From: Pocillopora damicornis | Taxonomy: Eukaryota | Direction of reading: 5' to 3' | Length of the DNA: 64,000 bases | Assembly (NCBI RefSeq): GCF_003704095.1 | Contig: NW_020845533.1 | Coordinates: forward strand, 248,001-312,000 | In this document: positions 63,701 through 64,000 of the stretch, piece after piece | How the letters are laid out: each line of letters begins with the position of its first letter | Numbering within the stretch: position 1 is the first letter of the stretch | Notes under the pieces: generated by a model | Database searches by the model: none | What the model was told of the DNA's origin: nothing | The model's input: the letters and a program-made list of their open reading frames with translations, nothing else | Made by a program: the position numbers and the translations under genes

Positions 63701-64000
63701 GCCCAGCGTTGACGTAAGACCAGACGGCGTCGACGGACTGGTTCAGGAGGACTCCCTGAAACTTCACTCCTTTATTTTGTGTCAGATTCAGATACGACCA
63801 GATAGCTTCTGCTTTGCTTCCAAGCACGGTGCCATTTATTTTCATGGACTTCTCATTAGTCGAGTTTACAATACCTGTGTACCAGCTGATGACACGATTT
63901 TTGTTTTCATGCGTTCCTGTGAATTGAATACCTTTCTCTTGTCCCGCCTTGACATATGATCCACGTAGAGTAAAGGACTGCTTGCATGGGCGGGCAAACA
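48771..64000 (-). CDS. Giant apolipophorin/apoB-like large lipid transfer protein (LLTP) with C-terminal VWD, C8 and VWA-like domains; 5' end lies outside the window
   Basis: Exons: 51293 to beyond 64000 (frame open to the window edge, ends WIPPFN, donor GTAAGT), 50562-50972 (VWD: AMIFGGPHVYTFDG..CMYVLARD), 49989-50375 (GLLGTNNNE plus C8 cysteines), 49334-49708 (VWA-like, AVDVVVFV..RFGVVGFGG..YPFRP) and 48771-49228 (ends in a Cys cluster, TGA). All introns are phase 1. The PPF-VWD-C8-VWA order matches apolipophorin-type LLTPs. Confidence 0.85.

Noticed and set aside
63843-63845. ATG at 63845 as the start of the 4189-aa protein
   Set aside because: The frame stays open upstream to the window edge and there is no signal peptide here, so this is an internal Met.
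51348-63959. Many + strand and alternative-frame ORFs of 60-237 aa overlapping the giant exon
   Set aside because: They are antisense or frame shadows of a long codon-biased repetitive CDS, with no independent protein features.

Overview
This is eukaryotic, intron-rich animal DNA; the repeat families and gene content suggest a stony coral or other anthozoan (inference). I reconstructed five protein-coding genes by hand from splice sites and reading-frame phase. (1, 2) Two head-to-head paralogous 3-exon genes for single-Ig-domain type I membrane proteins: 815-4236 (-, 222 aa, short tail) and 12657-16595 (+, 543 aa, long acidic tail with six G[FY][YF]Nxx[FL] motifs). (3) A complete 31-exon importin-13 gene (19572-41383, -) with a GC-AG intron and a 27-nt micro-exon. 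(4) An intronless CTDSPL2/SCP4-like phosphatase (44234-45499, -). (5) The 3' part of a giant apolipophorin/apoB-like large lipid transfer protein (48771 to beyond 64000, -). It has a single coding exon over 12.7 kb built from 26-aa beta-type and 11/22-aa helical repeats dense in N-glycosylation sequons, followed by VWD, C8 and VWA-like domains. Introns and intergenic DNA contain many TTAA-flanked piggyBac-type MITEs, other MITEs, tRNA-derived SINE fragments and Penelope-like fragments with minimal hammerhead ribozyme motifs. There is one 100-N assembly gap. I found no rRNA, bona fide tRNA or CRISPR array.
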